The notes under the pieces were generated by a model. It saw only the letters and a program-made list of their open reading frames with translations. It was not told the DNA's origin and made no database searches. From assembly GCF_964194025.1 (NCBI RefSeq), contig NC_134468.1, forward strand, positions 56,916,001-56,980,000: a DNA stretch of 64,000 nt. The letters are read 5' to 3'. The DNA is from Convolutriloba macropyga. Taxonomy: Eukaryota. Shown here in pieces: positions 11,801 through 24,720 of this stretch; position 1 is the first letter of the stretch, and each line of letters begins with the position of its first letter. A program made the position numbers and the translations under genes.

Positions 11801-14800
11801 CCGTTCATTCTTAACAACTAAGAAGCAAGCCAAAAAGTCAATTGTTCAAGAAGCGGAAACTTGGAAAGAGGACGAGGGGAATGGGATAATAGACGAACGC
11901 TCGATTAGGCGAACGGAATTTTTATAGCCATTTGGTAGAAATTCTGGACTAACTTTTGTAGAAGTTAGGCGAATAGCAATTAAAACACTCAAAAGAGCTA
12001 TTTGAAAAGCCACTCGATGTTATAAAGTTGTCTTTACATGCAAAAGAGTTGATAAAAATTTATTCAAAATGTATCAATATTTTGCATCTCTTACTCTACT
12101 CAGTGTCATCATGGCCACTGATTTTGAAAGTAACAGGGAAAAAATACAGCGTGTTTAAAAATTACTTATCAGTAGCTTTAATGTAAATCATTTACAACTA
12201 TCGGTTGAAAAATGTACGGAAAATGGGGGAGTTGGAGTTAAAGTAGATCGTGAAAATGCTCTAAATTTGAAAAAGTCAATTTTGATAGTTTTTGTGAGCT
12301 ATATTTAAGACAGCTGGTTAGTCACTTGACTACAATATTTTAACAAGCGGATACTGCTTTTAATTTTATATTCGCTTAATTTCCGCAAAACTTTAGTTCA
12401 GAATTCTTGCTTAATGTAGAAATTGCATTCGCCTAATCGAGTTTTTGCCTAATATCCTACGCAACGAGGACAAGACAATAGGCAATGCAGATAAAGACAA
12501 GATATTAAAAACTTCGGGTTTGGTTGGACGATTTGACATTGTAATTTCAAATAAATATATTTTATTTGCAACAATGCGGGTTAAGAGACCAACAAAATAC
12601 TCTTTTTTAATGCACGTGCGTCCGTTTGATCTCTCAAATTCAACGCGCTAAACAAGAACTGAGAAAAATTTACATTTGAAATTTGAATCTTTAGCACTAA
12701 AATTGAACCCCCCTTTTTTTTAAATCAGTGGCTGTTATCTTATAATTGGGTTCTACAAGAAGTCGACTCAGCAGTGTGTTGCTGTGGGGGGGGGGGGGGG
12801 TTGAAGTCTCACCGGGTGGAACAACACTTTCAGTCTCAAGTTGAAGATTCCCGGGTGAGATAATTCCAGTTTTTAGTACTGTGACAGTCTATAAAGGGAA
12901 GTGGTATATTGTTTTCATACAAACAGTTTTTCGCACGCTCAAAAATGAAGTACAATTTAAGAACAAAAGAAGCTTTGACAATTGAAAATTCACCTCAGAC
13001 AGACATTTGTTCCGAGATTGAGGTAAATCCCAACCCAAGCAGTGGTCTAACTCAACAGATGTCAAACCTTACAATAGAAAATAAGTTCCACATTTCACCT
13101 GGCTCTATTTTATTTATTCCTGACACAGCCGACAAAGTATATAAGATCCAGGTATTAGAACATCTTTTGGAAGAACCGAAAGTTAGATACATAGGATGGG
13201 GCCCTGATTACGACTCATTGATCAACTCAGAATCAATATGGTCTTACTGGTGTTTCAAAAAACCTTCAAGTAAATTGAAGAGAATCTCCAAGGAACTATC
13301 AGACCAAGCCGACGATATGCTAATTAATGCTGAGATCGCACCCTATGTAGACGAGGCATTAGCTGGTTTGAACTCCGAAAGAATTAGAACAAACGGCAAC
13401 CTTCCAGATAGAAAAACTTTGCTGCACACTAAAGTCCCGACTATCCGCTATGTCCCAATAAATGTACGGTACAAGTGGTCAGAGATTTTCTCTGACGTGA
13501 TTGCTGATTGCATCGAAGATCCCAATACAGAACTAATCTGGAGAAAACTCTTCGGATTATCTAAATGCATTTTACGTGCCAGTAATAGACGAGGGCAAAA
13601 ACACAGGCGGAACAACGACCAAAGATTTCTTGAAAGAATTAAGCGCTGGAACAGCGGAGAATTTGCAGGGCTATGGAACGAAGCTTGCTCTGTGAAACAA
13701 TCCAAGCGGTCAAACGATACAAGCTCTGAAGATATTATCAAACGTGCAAAAAATTTGTCTTTCCAGGGCCAATATGGCAGAGCAGCAAAAGTTTTGACTT
13801 CTGACGGTTTTGCACCACTCAACAAGGCAACTCTCGATAGTGTGAAAAAATTGCATCCCACTAAAAGAACGCCTATTGTAGTCCAAAGTTTTTCATCACA
13901 AGCCTATCAATCCAGTGAGGAAAATGTTTCGGAACAGCTGAACTCGTTTTCTAGATTTACGGCTGCTGGTCCTTCAAAAATGTTTCCCGAACATCTTTTG
14001 CATGCTGTACAGTGTACCGCTTCAGATCAGTCACAAATTGCTTTGAGGGTACTGACTAAGCTGGTTAACATAAGCTGCCGTGGGGAACTTCCCAAATTGG
14101 ATGTCGGAGTGAAATGTGGAGAGGAAGCCATTATACATTCGAATAAGCTCTCGTCAGAAAAAATACTCACCTCGTCCAGTTCCTCGGGTATTTTGCAAAT
14201 TGACATTTGTAATGCATTCATTTCGATAAAACGCAGTGAAATGCTGAAAGCCGTTGCCAGTTAAATACCAGGAATTGCCGCCTTTACCAATTTCTGTTAT
14301 TCACAACACAGCCAATTATTCTATGACAAATTTGTTGTTGGCAGTGAACGCGGTATCCAAAAAGGCGACCCATTGGGCCCTTTGCTTTTCTCTCGTTCTG
14401 GCCCATTATAGAGAAAATTCAGGAATCTTCGCCAGAGCTCTAACAACATTCCTGGTATCTAGATGATGGTGTCTTGGTGGGCTCAGAGGACGACCTCATT
14501 AGATCTTGGGATCTTCTATGCCAGCTCGGACTTGACCGCGGCCTCCACGTCAGGGTCGATAAGTGCGAACTGTGGTCCCCGGTAGGTTTAGACAGACTGG
14601 ATATTAGAATAAAAGGAAATGATATTTCGGGGTTTGAGGTTCTTGGAGCTGCGTTAGGAACCCCAGAGTTTGTCTGCATGAAACTTAACGAAAGGATAGG
14701 GAAAATAAGGGTACAATTTGAAAAGTTGGACTACCTTGATGACTCTCAGTGCGCCCTAGGTATCCTACGCCACTGCATTGGGGCCCCCAAAATGATGTAT

Positions 14801-17800
14801 TTTTTGCGTTTTCAAACGCCCAAAAGTCCTGTTATTAAATTATTAAATCCCAAAAGGAATTTGGTGCGCAACAGCGCAAAAAACTTGAGAATATCCTTGG
14901 AACTGTTCTTCCAGAAGAATCCTGGACTCAAGCAACTCTGCCCATAACCCTTTCAGGGTTGGGTGTTCGCCAATGCCAAGACCAGTATAAATAAAGCATC
15001 AAACGTTGGTTCTGTTCTCTCATCTGAAGATCCTGTTTTAAAAATAACCGGGGAAAGCCCAAAAAACTGCCAAGGTTTTCAAGATCTTTTTTCCAGTATA
15101 GCACAACTGGACATTTCAAATCTTTCGCAAAAGAGGATCCAACATGCTCTTGATAATGAAAAGTTTCATTCTCGCATAGAGAATCTAGCTTGTGAGAGAG
15201 AATCTGCCCAACTTCTCTCATTGTCTGTTCGACATGCTGGAGCTTGGTTGTCTGCTCCCCCATTCCAGTTCTTGGGCTTCATATGGCACCAAATGAGTTT
15301 AGAATTAGTGCAAAGTACAGGTTGGGTGTACCTGTCTACGACGCCGAAAGAAAGTGCCCGTTCTGTAAAGCAGGAGCTCTTGATATCTATGGGGATCATG
15401 CCATTGGGTGTCACGGTTGAGAAGACGCAATTGCAAGACATGACCGGATTTGAGATAAAATAGTGTTTGCTTGCTCATCTGCAAATCTCTCAACAGTAGT
15501 GGAAAAAGAACCTTATTCCAGAAAGCCTATCGCGCCGCGGAGATATCTTTGTCCCGACTTGGAAAGTGGGAAAACCTGCTGCATTTGATGTAATTGTTAC
15601 TTCGTCGCTGCAATCCAACTCTTTCACTAATGCGGCAACAAAGGCAGGATACGCGCTTGATGCGGCAGATGAAAGAAAATATTGCCTCCACGACCATAAC
15701 TGCGCAAAAATGGGAATCACATTTGCTCCCCTTGCAATTGAAGTCCTTGATGGAATATCGGCAACCTTAAAAAAATACTCAAGCGGTTGGTTATGTTAAG
15801 TGACAACCTTTCTTTCCAAGCGCAGGGGTTGTCTGTAGCTTTCTGTTAACTGATGCAATCGTTGTCAGTCACTGCTATTCGGGGATCAGCAGCAATGTTG
15901 TTTGCACGGGCTCCCTAGTTGACTGTTTTGCTTTTTTTGGGTGCTCGAGCGATCGGAGGGGAGATGGTTGATCCATTATTGTTGCAATCATTGTCGACAG
16001 ATATGATCAAGGGGTCTGCCTCAATGATTTTGGCTCGCTCTTTTTGGCCAGATTTATTAATCAATTCAGAATAAGAAGAGTTCAGATTCGTTCTTTTATT
16101 TTGAGCCGCCAAAACGATTGCAGCAAAGGGAACCTTATTAATGTGCAGTTCTACTATTTTTATTCTTACCTGAAACTTTTTACATGTGGAAAAATAAAAA
16201 AAATGGGGATGAAATGAGATTCATAAACTGTTGATCTGTTGTATTGATAACCACCGTTATGTTAACCAAGTTAATTGTCTATTAAAGTTTCATTGTTTTT
16301 TTTGTTTGCATAGATCTTATTTTTACATTTCTGTCGAAAAAATACTGACATGAGTTCGTCGAAGTAGCTCTTGAAGAGTTTGCTCTCGTGGTCCTGGATC
16401 TCCCTGTGCTGAACTGGCACATCTCCTAACATCTGGTCCAGCTCCACAGCCTTCACTGCCACTGCTCCGTACTCATCCTGTGAGGACTCCTTTCCTATCC
16501 AGAAGTGCAGGTCGTACTCCAGTCTGCCACTCTTTTCCTTCTTTGTCTGAAACATTATTGACAGGATTATAGAAAAAAAACACTAATAGTGGGAAAATAT
16601 TCAAGTTCAGTTAAGGGTAAAATATAGACTATAATTACATGGTCGAAGACCTTGGTCCAATTTAATACAAATTCTATTCATGGCTCGAGCATGTTTCTTA
16701 TGTACAGTCACTTTTTTTCATGCGCGAAACCATACTCTTTTTATTACATAATTAGTCAAGTCTAGATAGATCTTTATAAACAAAACTGTCGGGTTAATTT
16801 CTCATAAAAAGCAGTAGTCTACAAGGCCTCTTCAGTTGACTGTTTTAGGCCAGCAAGAGTGATTCTTCGCGTGTTCGTACAATAATTTGAATTTTTTGAT
16901 GATCTGTAATGTTTTTGAGCTGATTTTGAACTTGAACAAAAGTTTGAAATTTTTGCGTTTTTTTTTAAAAAAAAAATATTTGGGCTCCTCTGCGAAGCTC
17001 TTGTGACAATGGAGCCAATTCACTAGGACACTATTTAATGTCGAGCAAAAGTTGAGGGACGTTATAAAGTCGAGTCAAATTGTTTTCATTCCAAATATCG
17101 ACTTAAGACGATTTCGTTCCTAATGTAGGCCAAAGTCGACCCTTTCAGAAGACGGGCCCTCGAGTAGTGCAGCAATACAGAATTGAATCGCGATGTATTT
17201 ATTCTTTTTCTTTTAAAACTAGGATCAAAATATCAAAATATCTAGATGTCTCGCTCTGTGAACCCAAGACGTGTAATATTAGCCTTCATACTGTTCTTTT
17301 TATTATTCATTGTTGGGTGGCTTCGCGGGTTCATATTATTTGCACCACTCAGTCGCACGTGCCATATTTTTACATGATGATTTACTATGTAATGGCACGT
17401 GCTCTGTAACTGGGGGAGCATAAGGTACTGGGGGGGGGGGTACAAACAGAAAAGATCCCAATGATCGCTGAATTTTATGTTATCACGTGCGCCCAGCCGT
17501 TGTGAGTTTAAAAAAGTGTCAAATTGAATAAAAAGGTTTGCATCCCGTTTTTAAAACGAGTTGTTTTAACTATTCAAATTGTTTAAATTGGAGTTGGAAG
17601 CGAATGAGCCAGAGTATTTAAGTAACAACGTTATAACTGGGAGTTCTTGGCTGTTTTGAAAGCTCTTCTTGACTGCACCGTAGTTATGCAACAATTGTTG
17701 GGCTAAGTTTTCGCCGGGTAGCTGCACACAAAAAAAAACCAAATTATGGTAAATGCATACAAATTATCCAAATACGTGTTTTCATCATTTTTAAAATTAA

Positions 17801-20800
17801 CGACTGCCATTTAAGGTCGCGGTGTATTATAATTCAAAATTCATTTAGCCTCAATGCACGATAACAGTACACAAAAATCGTGTTTGTTGATCCCACATCT
17901 TTACATCTATTAAATTACCTTTATTCGTTGCTTTGAGAAGTCCCCATTTCCTTAAGATATAATTTTAAAAAACCCTGAAGAGTGTCCTGTTTTTCTAAAT
18001 ATCGCGACTCAAAGCAACAAATTCGTGTGGGATTTGTCTTTAGTTATATATACTATAAATAGTTAATATATCAAAATATTATCTTAATGTGTTAAACAGA
18101 ACAAAAACAGAAAAAAAATCGGCTGTCCAAGTAGTTGCACTTTTGCCTAAAATGGTATTTCAACTTATCAAAATAATTCTTACTTGCAAGAAAAAGCTCT
18201 CTATCAGTGAGTTGGATTAATATGGATGAAAGTTGACCAACTTTTTGCCTGTTTTAGAGGAAGAAAATGGATTTCAGAATTTCATGTCTAGTGCATTATT
18301 TATCCTTGTATTTGACATGCAAAATGTTGAATTAAAGAACGGTAATTGGGGAGATTTATTGCTTACCAATTTCTCCAGCATAACACCTTAAAGCTAAAAA
18401 TAAGGTATTTAATTTAAAACTTTCGTTTTTCAGTTAAGAAGTAAAAATCATAATTAATTGCTGATAAAATAATTTGTGGAGAAAGAACTAAGACCGAATT
18501 TTAAACTTAACAGGTTCCCGTTTTTCGTTTCTGAAAAATACAAAACTTGTATTTGTTGATATTATCATAGTTTTCGTTGCTTTATCTGAGCTGTATCCAA
18601 GCAATCAATTTAGTTTTTAATTCAGACGTTAATATGTTACGAGAAATTCATATATGAATATAATATATTTTAATGAAAAGTTTCTGTCCTATACAAAAGG
18701 GCCTGAGCTTAATTAGAAATCCAAAATAGTGTTATAGAGGTAGTTTAGTTATATAAATTTAGTTACGCTTCATTTCTTTCAAGCGTGGTAAAAATCATAT
18801 TTTCCTGTCAAAAAAAGATGACTTACAAATTATTTTTCAAAATGCATTTTTTCTGGAAGTTTTCTGCTGCAAGTTTATGCATTAAAAAATTATTTGCTGG
18901 TAATTTACCTGAGTGGTGTGCAGGTAGGTAATTTCGGGGAAAATTGTGCAGGAATATTTTACCTGCACATAGCCTTACCTACACACTTCACGTGAATTTA
19001 CGTATACATTATTTAGAGTTTATCCCACAGAGTTTATCGTAATATTGCGGTACATACGCTGAGGACGATGTAAGAGTCTCCGTTGAAGAATTCTCCATAC
19101 CTCTCCTTGGGCCAAGGCTTCACCTCCTTCTTCTAAACAGGCACACATACACATACAAATGCTATTATCTATTAGCAGAACTATCGGCAAATAGGGAATA
19201 TGCACATTTTTTACTTAGTTGTAGAAATTATTGTTGTCTTTCATAATTAAATAATCAGTTGATGGAATCACCCAACCTTTGTTCGCCTCTCGATAGACCT
19301 CGACACAGTCGTGTCTTCAATTGTTTCGCGAATACCATAAGAGAATAAGAGTCTTGTTTTATTGAGCGAGTAGGCTAACCGGATTCCCTGTAGCAGATTA
19401 TTTATCACGGGTTGAGGTGTGAGCGGATGTAAGCGGATACCGGGGGAAAATGCGCTGAAAAGGTGGAAGATATGTAGGAATTGCGCCGACAGTCCCCTTT
19501 AAAAATTTGTTTTCCAATGGATAAGTCGTACTTAGTTATCCTTTTAATGTGTTAAGAAGTGCTGAAATTATAAAAGAAATGTATAGAAAATTTAGCCCAT
19601 AAAGCGGATGATTATATAAGGTTTCTGTCAGAGCATTGCTTGCATATCTTTAGACATTTCGTCAACCTGGGTTCTGTTAGATTTGAAATTGTATGAGGAT
19701 GGTGATGGCCAGTGCTATGATGGCTCGTCAAATAAATATGATCATGCTTACCTCAGAGAACTACAACCATTGATATTCATTATTAGTAAATGGGGGACTC
19801 AAAGGGCGACTAGCCGATTCATTATAGAACAAGCCTGATAGAATCCTTCATTTTTTTGCGATTATTTTTCATCAATCATGCGGAATAAAGCATTGCGAAT
19901 GGTACAAAAATTTTTACCTAAAATTGCAAGAGAATCAACTGTTAGTATTCGAACCAGGTTTCATACATGAACATTATCCCTGTTGATGTTGTACTTGAGG
20001 AATGAATTTTGTCTACTTGTTTTTCTCATCAGTTTTTCTTTCACATGAATATTTCAATTATATGAAACCAACCACAAACATAACGAGAAATATCTACTAG
20101 TAAGTCACCGCGGTGCAAGAATCTTGCAAAATTTGAATCCGCACATCACTAAGGCGCCTACGTTTAAAGCATGGAAGCATTAAAGTCTCGAAATTTTTTA
20201 ATCTAAGTTAATTGTAATGAGTTAAAGCGGAGAAAAAAAGAGAAAAAATGTGCTGCAATTTTATTGGCGCAAACACAAAAGATTTAGAAAAAATTTAGTA
20301 TTATTTCATGAATGTTCCCTCATTAAATTTCATGGCCAGTATTGAGTGCATATATATAAAGAGCCTAATGGCTGAATAGCCAATAGGTTTTATGCATGAC
20401 CTTGAATGGCCTTTCAATATCTTGGTCAACTTAGAGATCTATATTGGCTGAGTGACATACTGACCTCAATTCTCCATATTTCCATGCCCTCCTTCTTGCC
20501 AGCATCCACAAACGCTTTCTCAATCACGGCTGAAACAAGGTCGGTCACTTAATAAGTACATACACATTATGGCACTCACTACATGTAGCAAAAGTTGGGC
20601 AAAAGTATTGACAGTTTTCATCTTATCGCTACGCACTGTGATTACAACCCAGCAATTGCTCATTGAAAAAGAACCCAACGCTGATTTAAGAATATTTTGT
20701 TTTTAAGATTTTTGTTTCTGCAGAACTATCGATATTTTATAGTCAGATTCCATTACAGCAAAGGCATCCAATTGATAATATATCAATGAAACAATTGAGA

Positions 20801-21318
20801 CATTTCATTTTCACTTTATTAGAAAACATTTTTAAAATAAATTTTTTTTCATAGAAAAAAAGATAGTTCAAGCATCGTTGCTAGAAAATTAAATGTTCAC
20901 CCCATAAGAAGTAATGATACAGATAAAATGATATTCGAGATGAAAAATATTTTAGTTAATGAATTATAATTGAAAAAAATAACAGCAAGGAAGACGACGC
21001 GGTGATTTGAGGCATAAAATATTTTTAACTAAAAATAAAGCTGAATTTTATTAATTCTTAAAATTGAATAAATAAGTGGAAAAAATGGTATATTCCCTTT
21101 AAAAACTCATTATTTGAAGTTATATTGGCGTTCCCTGCAGCTTTCCTTTTCGACTGTGAGTAGATTTCATCAGCCAAACGTGTTTTTATTTTTCTCCTGT
21201 CTAAAAGATGCGTCGATTTCGTGAATTTGCAAGCTTTTGCTTTTTGATTCGCGCTCGTGGAAAAACTGAACATGTTTTGCGGTCACGATAATAAAACTAA
21301 AACATACTTACTAGTCAT
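8859..21318 (-). CDS. Three-domain gelsolin-family actin-severing/capping protein (severin/fragmin/invertebrate gelsolin-like), 9 coding exons, 338 aa
   Basis: Exons with GT-AG boundaries and consistent phases: 21318-21312, 20529-20465, 19132-19058, 16546-16350, 11104-10885, 10335-10160, 9753-9672, 9329-9234, 8957-8859 (1017 nt including TAA). The product reads [49 protein letters not shown]-...[27 protein letters not shown]...[19 protein letters not shown]...GGVDSGF...[12 protein letters not shown]...QWNG...KSLYRVSDASG...DVFVFD..., which are the gelsolin G1, G2 and G3 motifs. The 7-nt first exon (ATGACTA|gtaagt) is the least certain. Confidence 0.93.
12780..16203 (+). mobile_element. CRE-clade (RT + restriction-like endonuclease) non-LTR retrotransposon, decayed, antisense in gelsolin intron 4
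   Basis: Single broken ORF with RT and a C-terminal CCHC/RLE, a 3' UTR and a short A-rich tract at ~16190-16203. Both ends are approximate and no TSD was identified. Confidence 0.85.
12945..15918 (+). pseudogene. CRE-type RT-RLE polyprotein with frameshifts, stops and an internal deletion
   Basis: Motifs across frames: [93 protein letters not shown]...GDHAIGC...RHD, RGDIFVP...[26 protein letters not shown]. The final frame ends at TAG 15916-15918. Confidence 0.88.
17355..17460. repeat. Short hairpin-bearing dispersed repeat (MITE-like remnant), related to 58726-58850
   Basis: Inverted repeat GCACGTGCCAT...ATGGCACGTGC followed by tgtaactggggg..cataa...actgggggg...aaacagaa.agatccc, which recurs at ~58796-58847. 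Confidence 0.5.
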
Positions 21319-22366
21319 TTTGGGTTGCTAAGGTTGTAGTCGACAACTAAGAAAGAATAAACGGAATGAACTGAAGAAATATTTATAAAAGAATGGAATC
21401 CAACTCTGCAGATTGCGCAAATCGAAGGAATGAAAGAGAAAACTTGGGGGTGCAAACTGGCTATGTGTTTAGAGAACCAGTCAGTAAGACCAAATAGACT
21501 AGAGGGCTATAAACCTGGAATTTGGCATTTTATAATAATACCTGCACGTTATTGGAACCAAAGGTCGCTTAACAACAACCTACGCAAAATTCAACTGATA
21601 AGACTCGGAATATTTGAAAGCCTTTAAAACATGGAAAATGGGGAAAATGTGCGCAATTGTGAGGAAAATTTGCTTTCGCAGAATTTTGGGCTGAGTTCCG
21701 GTCCGCTTTTGGGTTTGTGGGTGTGAAGTAAACATTTCACCAGCGGGAGCAAATTAGAATTGAGCAGGTGAAAATGGAACTTCGAGCTACAAATTATACC
21801 ATTTGAGATCGCAGTATTGAGTTTACAGTAGAACAGGCATTACAGTTAGCGGGCTTTGAAGATCAAAAAGGGAATTCGTTTCAGAGGACAACGTATCAAA
21901 CTCGTTACAAGCAGTAAACACGCTTTGGGCTCAAACTGGGTTCTTTAATTTGGGGACAGAATTCTTGCCTTGTGTCAAATTTATGGTGGACTGGGAATAA
22001 TTACCCGCTGGCCGACTGGCAGAGCTATTTCTAGACTCTTAGCATTATGTACCGGGGTCAATAGGGCTGTCTCTGTCAGCCCCCTGGCACAAAAAGTTCT
22101 AAAGTTCATGAACAGTTTGATTTTTCTATGGCAATGTTTTTTGTTCTGACTTCATCTGGCATGACGAGAACTGTTTCGATTGTTGTTCATTGTGTGCCGC
22201 CCAAAAGTTAGGTACTTTGGTTTTTTCAAGAACTGCATTTTCGCAGCCAATATGAATCGCCACGCAATGAGCGCGGATACTTTTTGGTCCTGCAACAATT
22301 TTTCTCACCTCAATAGAGGGAAGCACAATTATACCATGCGACCAGTTGAATATTTGAAAAAAAATG

Positions 22367-22370
<4 letters not shown>

Positions 22371-22436
<66 letters not shown>
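22371..22436. repeat. (AG)n microsatellite
   Basis: About 33 AG units with one interruption near the end. Confidence 0.99.
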
Positions 22437-22437
<1 letters not shown>

Positions 22438-24289
22438 TTTCGGTGTGGGGAATTTGGACTATAGTTTCGTATAACACAACTTGGAGTGCTGATGTATGTC
22501 GTAAAACAGCATTGACTACGATTAACTGATGGTTTAACAGGATTCTGAAGCTGAATTTATGGCTTCTGAAAAAAAAATAATATATAGTTCCCCTCATGAA
22601 GAAACTTAGAACGCATCAGGTATATTTTCAGGCTATTAATTTTTGTTATTGATTGATACTCAGCCGAGACAAATTAAAAGCCGAGACTATGTCATTAACT
22701 TAATTGAAACATATTTTTGCCTCAATATTGTGATACTGTTGTATTCTGTTATCTTGGAATGCAAAGTAATACAATTCTTTAACCTAAAGTGTTTAAAAGA
22801 GTTACGACAAGATGGCGACTTGTGACTGCAGCTTGTGACTTGTGACTGCACAATGGTGACTGCAGCTATGAAAAAGGAATGATGCAGTTGAGATGTCAGT
22901 TTACACAAACATTTTTCGAGTGGGTAAGGCACGCTTTTTTCTGATTATCTGACTCTGGCAGTTGGAACTTCTATGAAGAATTGCCACTGGTCAGCAATAA
23001 GCCATGCTAATTAAAACAAAAACAATTCTTCAATTGTCAAACAAAAGAATTCGAAGATTGTATAAAAACCAAAAGCTTTTCAAAAATCAACTAATTAAAC
23101 ACCAATTCATATCTTGCCAAAAAGGAAGTTTGTGGTCACTTTAAATAATTGTTCCAAAAACCTAATTGCATGATATTTTTCAAGTGGGGAAAAATAGAAC
23201 TCGCGCTTATTTGGTTTTCGAGATTTCTATTAGTGGCCTATTTGTGACACAGTTGGTTTTAACTTGAAAAGGGTACAAAAATTGTGTTTTAGGCCCTGAT
23301 GGCAGTTCTTCTGTTTCTTGTCCACTGGCCTATGTAGCCACAAATTATGAATAGATGTCAAAAAGTTTCAAAGTTTGCTAAATTTGCCACCTACATCATA
23401 CGTTGTACAATAGTTGGTGTTTTCGATAAACGTAAATTTTTGCACTAGTTTCTGTCTATATTGTTTCAACTCTTCATTTTAAAAGTTGTTGCTGTCGTTT
23501 GTGCTATATCAATTGTCTTTTACTTAGTAGATATCGTTTATTTGGCTCTACTTACCACACAGTAAAACCTTTAAGCAGAAAAACGGAAGAAGACGCAAAA
23601 TAAACTGTTTACGCAGCATAACAAATATAATTTCATACTCAAAAGAAATTTGAGCATTTTTAATAGGAGAACATATAGGGAAACAAATAGGTTATGTTGT
23701 CCTCAGAAGTGTTGTTTTCAAATAATAAAATTTACTGATAGTACAAATTTGAGAATTCCATTTAGCGGATTTCGTTCAAAAAATAACGGTCAAAAGAATG
23801 GAAAGAATGTAAAAAATAATAATTCAACGCCCCCATTTTTCAATTCAATACTAGAAGGTAAATGAAAAAATGTGAAATTTAAAACAAAAGTGAAAATAAA
23901 ACGGATAATTTTAGTACACTTATGTTTTATAAATATGTTTTTCTATTAAATCTTACTCTCGTTGCATTTTTATTGCAAACTTCCTGTCTGAATCTGATTT
24001 TTACATTTAAACATTTTGTCATTTAGACTCCTAGTAAGCACAGAAATAGGGTGTAAAATTTTTATTTTTATACTTTTGTCACTCTTTACTCTTATTTAAT
24101 TTTTAGGAAAATAAATCCCGCTCGGGATTTAAACTCGATAGAAAGAAATATATTTTTTTTACTAAGAAACCAAAATTTTGTGGGTTATAAATTATTGTTC
24201 GTACCGTTTTTTTATGTTCAATTAATGGTCTCTTTATTTTGATACAACGCGTTTTCAAGTTTTTTTTTATTTTTGAGCATAATTGCATA

Positions 24290-24720
24290 TTTTATGAGTT
24301 CATTTTGTTGCCTTGTCAAAATATCATAAAATTGGCAAGTCCAACTGAGGAAAATTATAGAAAACGCACATCGTTGGGAAAAAAGTGTATCTGGATATGG
24401 TAATTGTTTTAGTTGTATGGTTTATGATTTTTGGGCTGAGACACAGTTATCTCGCAAAATTTAATTTTTTTGCCTATGTTTGTCTCTTTTTTTGTTGTTG
24501 CATGCCGTATACCTGATAACGATTGGTCTCAATTGCTTCCCCATAGCGTTAACTTAACCTAGTTAAAGATTTCAGTTTATAGCTGTTTGTTTTAATGACA
24601 TTAAAACTGAAATAAGAAAAACATTTTTTCAACTTTATAGTTTTTGCTTTCATTTTGTAATCATGTAACTCAGTCTCACTAATTAAAAACCTCAAATATT
24701 TTTGTTGATTCATACTTTTT
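24290..24720 (+). repeat. Dispersed repeat fragment homologous to ~62510-62900 (interior of the HINE-like family)
   Basis: Shared blocks tgagacacagtt, tctcaattgcttcccca, aagatttcagtttatagct, tttttgctttcatttt and cactaat occur in the same order at both sites. Confidence 0.75.

Noticed and set aside
15917-16846. agttgactgtttt shared at ~15917 and ~16834 as a TSD of the CRE element
   Set aside because: Both copies lie on the 3' side of the element and bracket a gelsolin exon, so they cannot be a TSD. Likely chance.
22310-22597. ORF with an SLSLSL run
   Set aside because: Translation of the (AG)n microsatellite.
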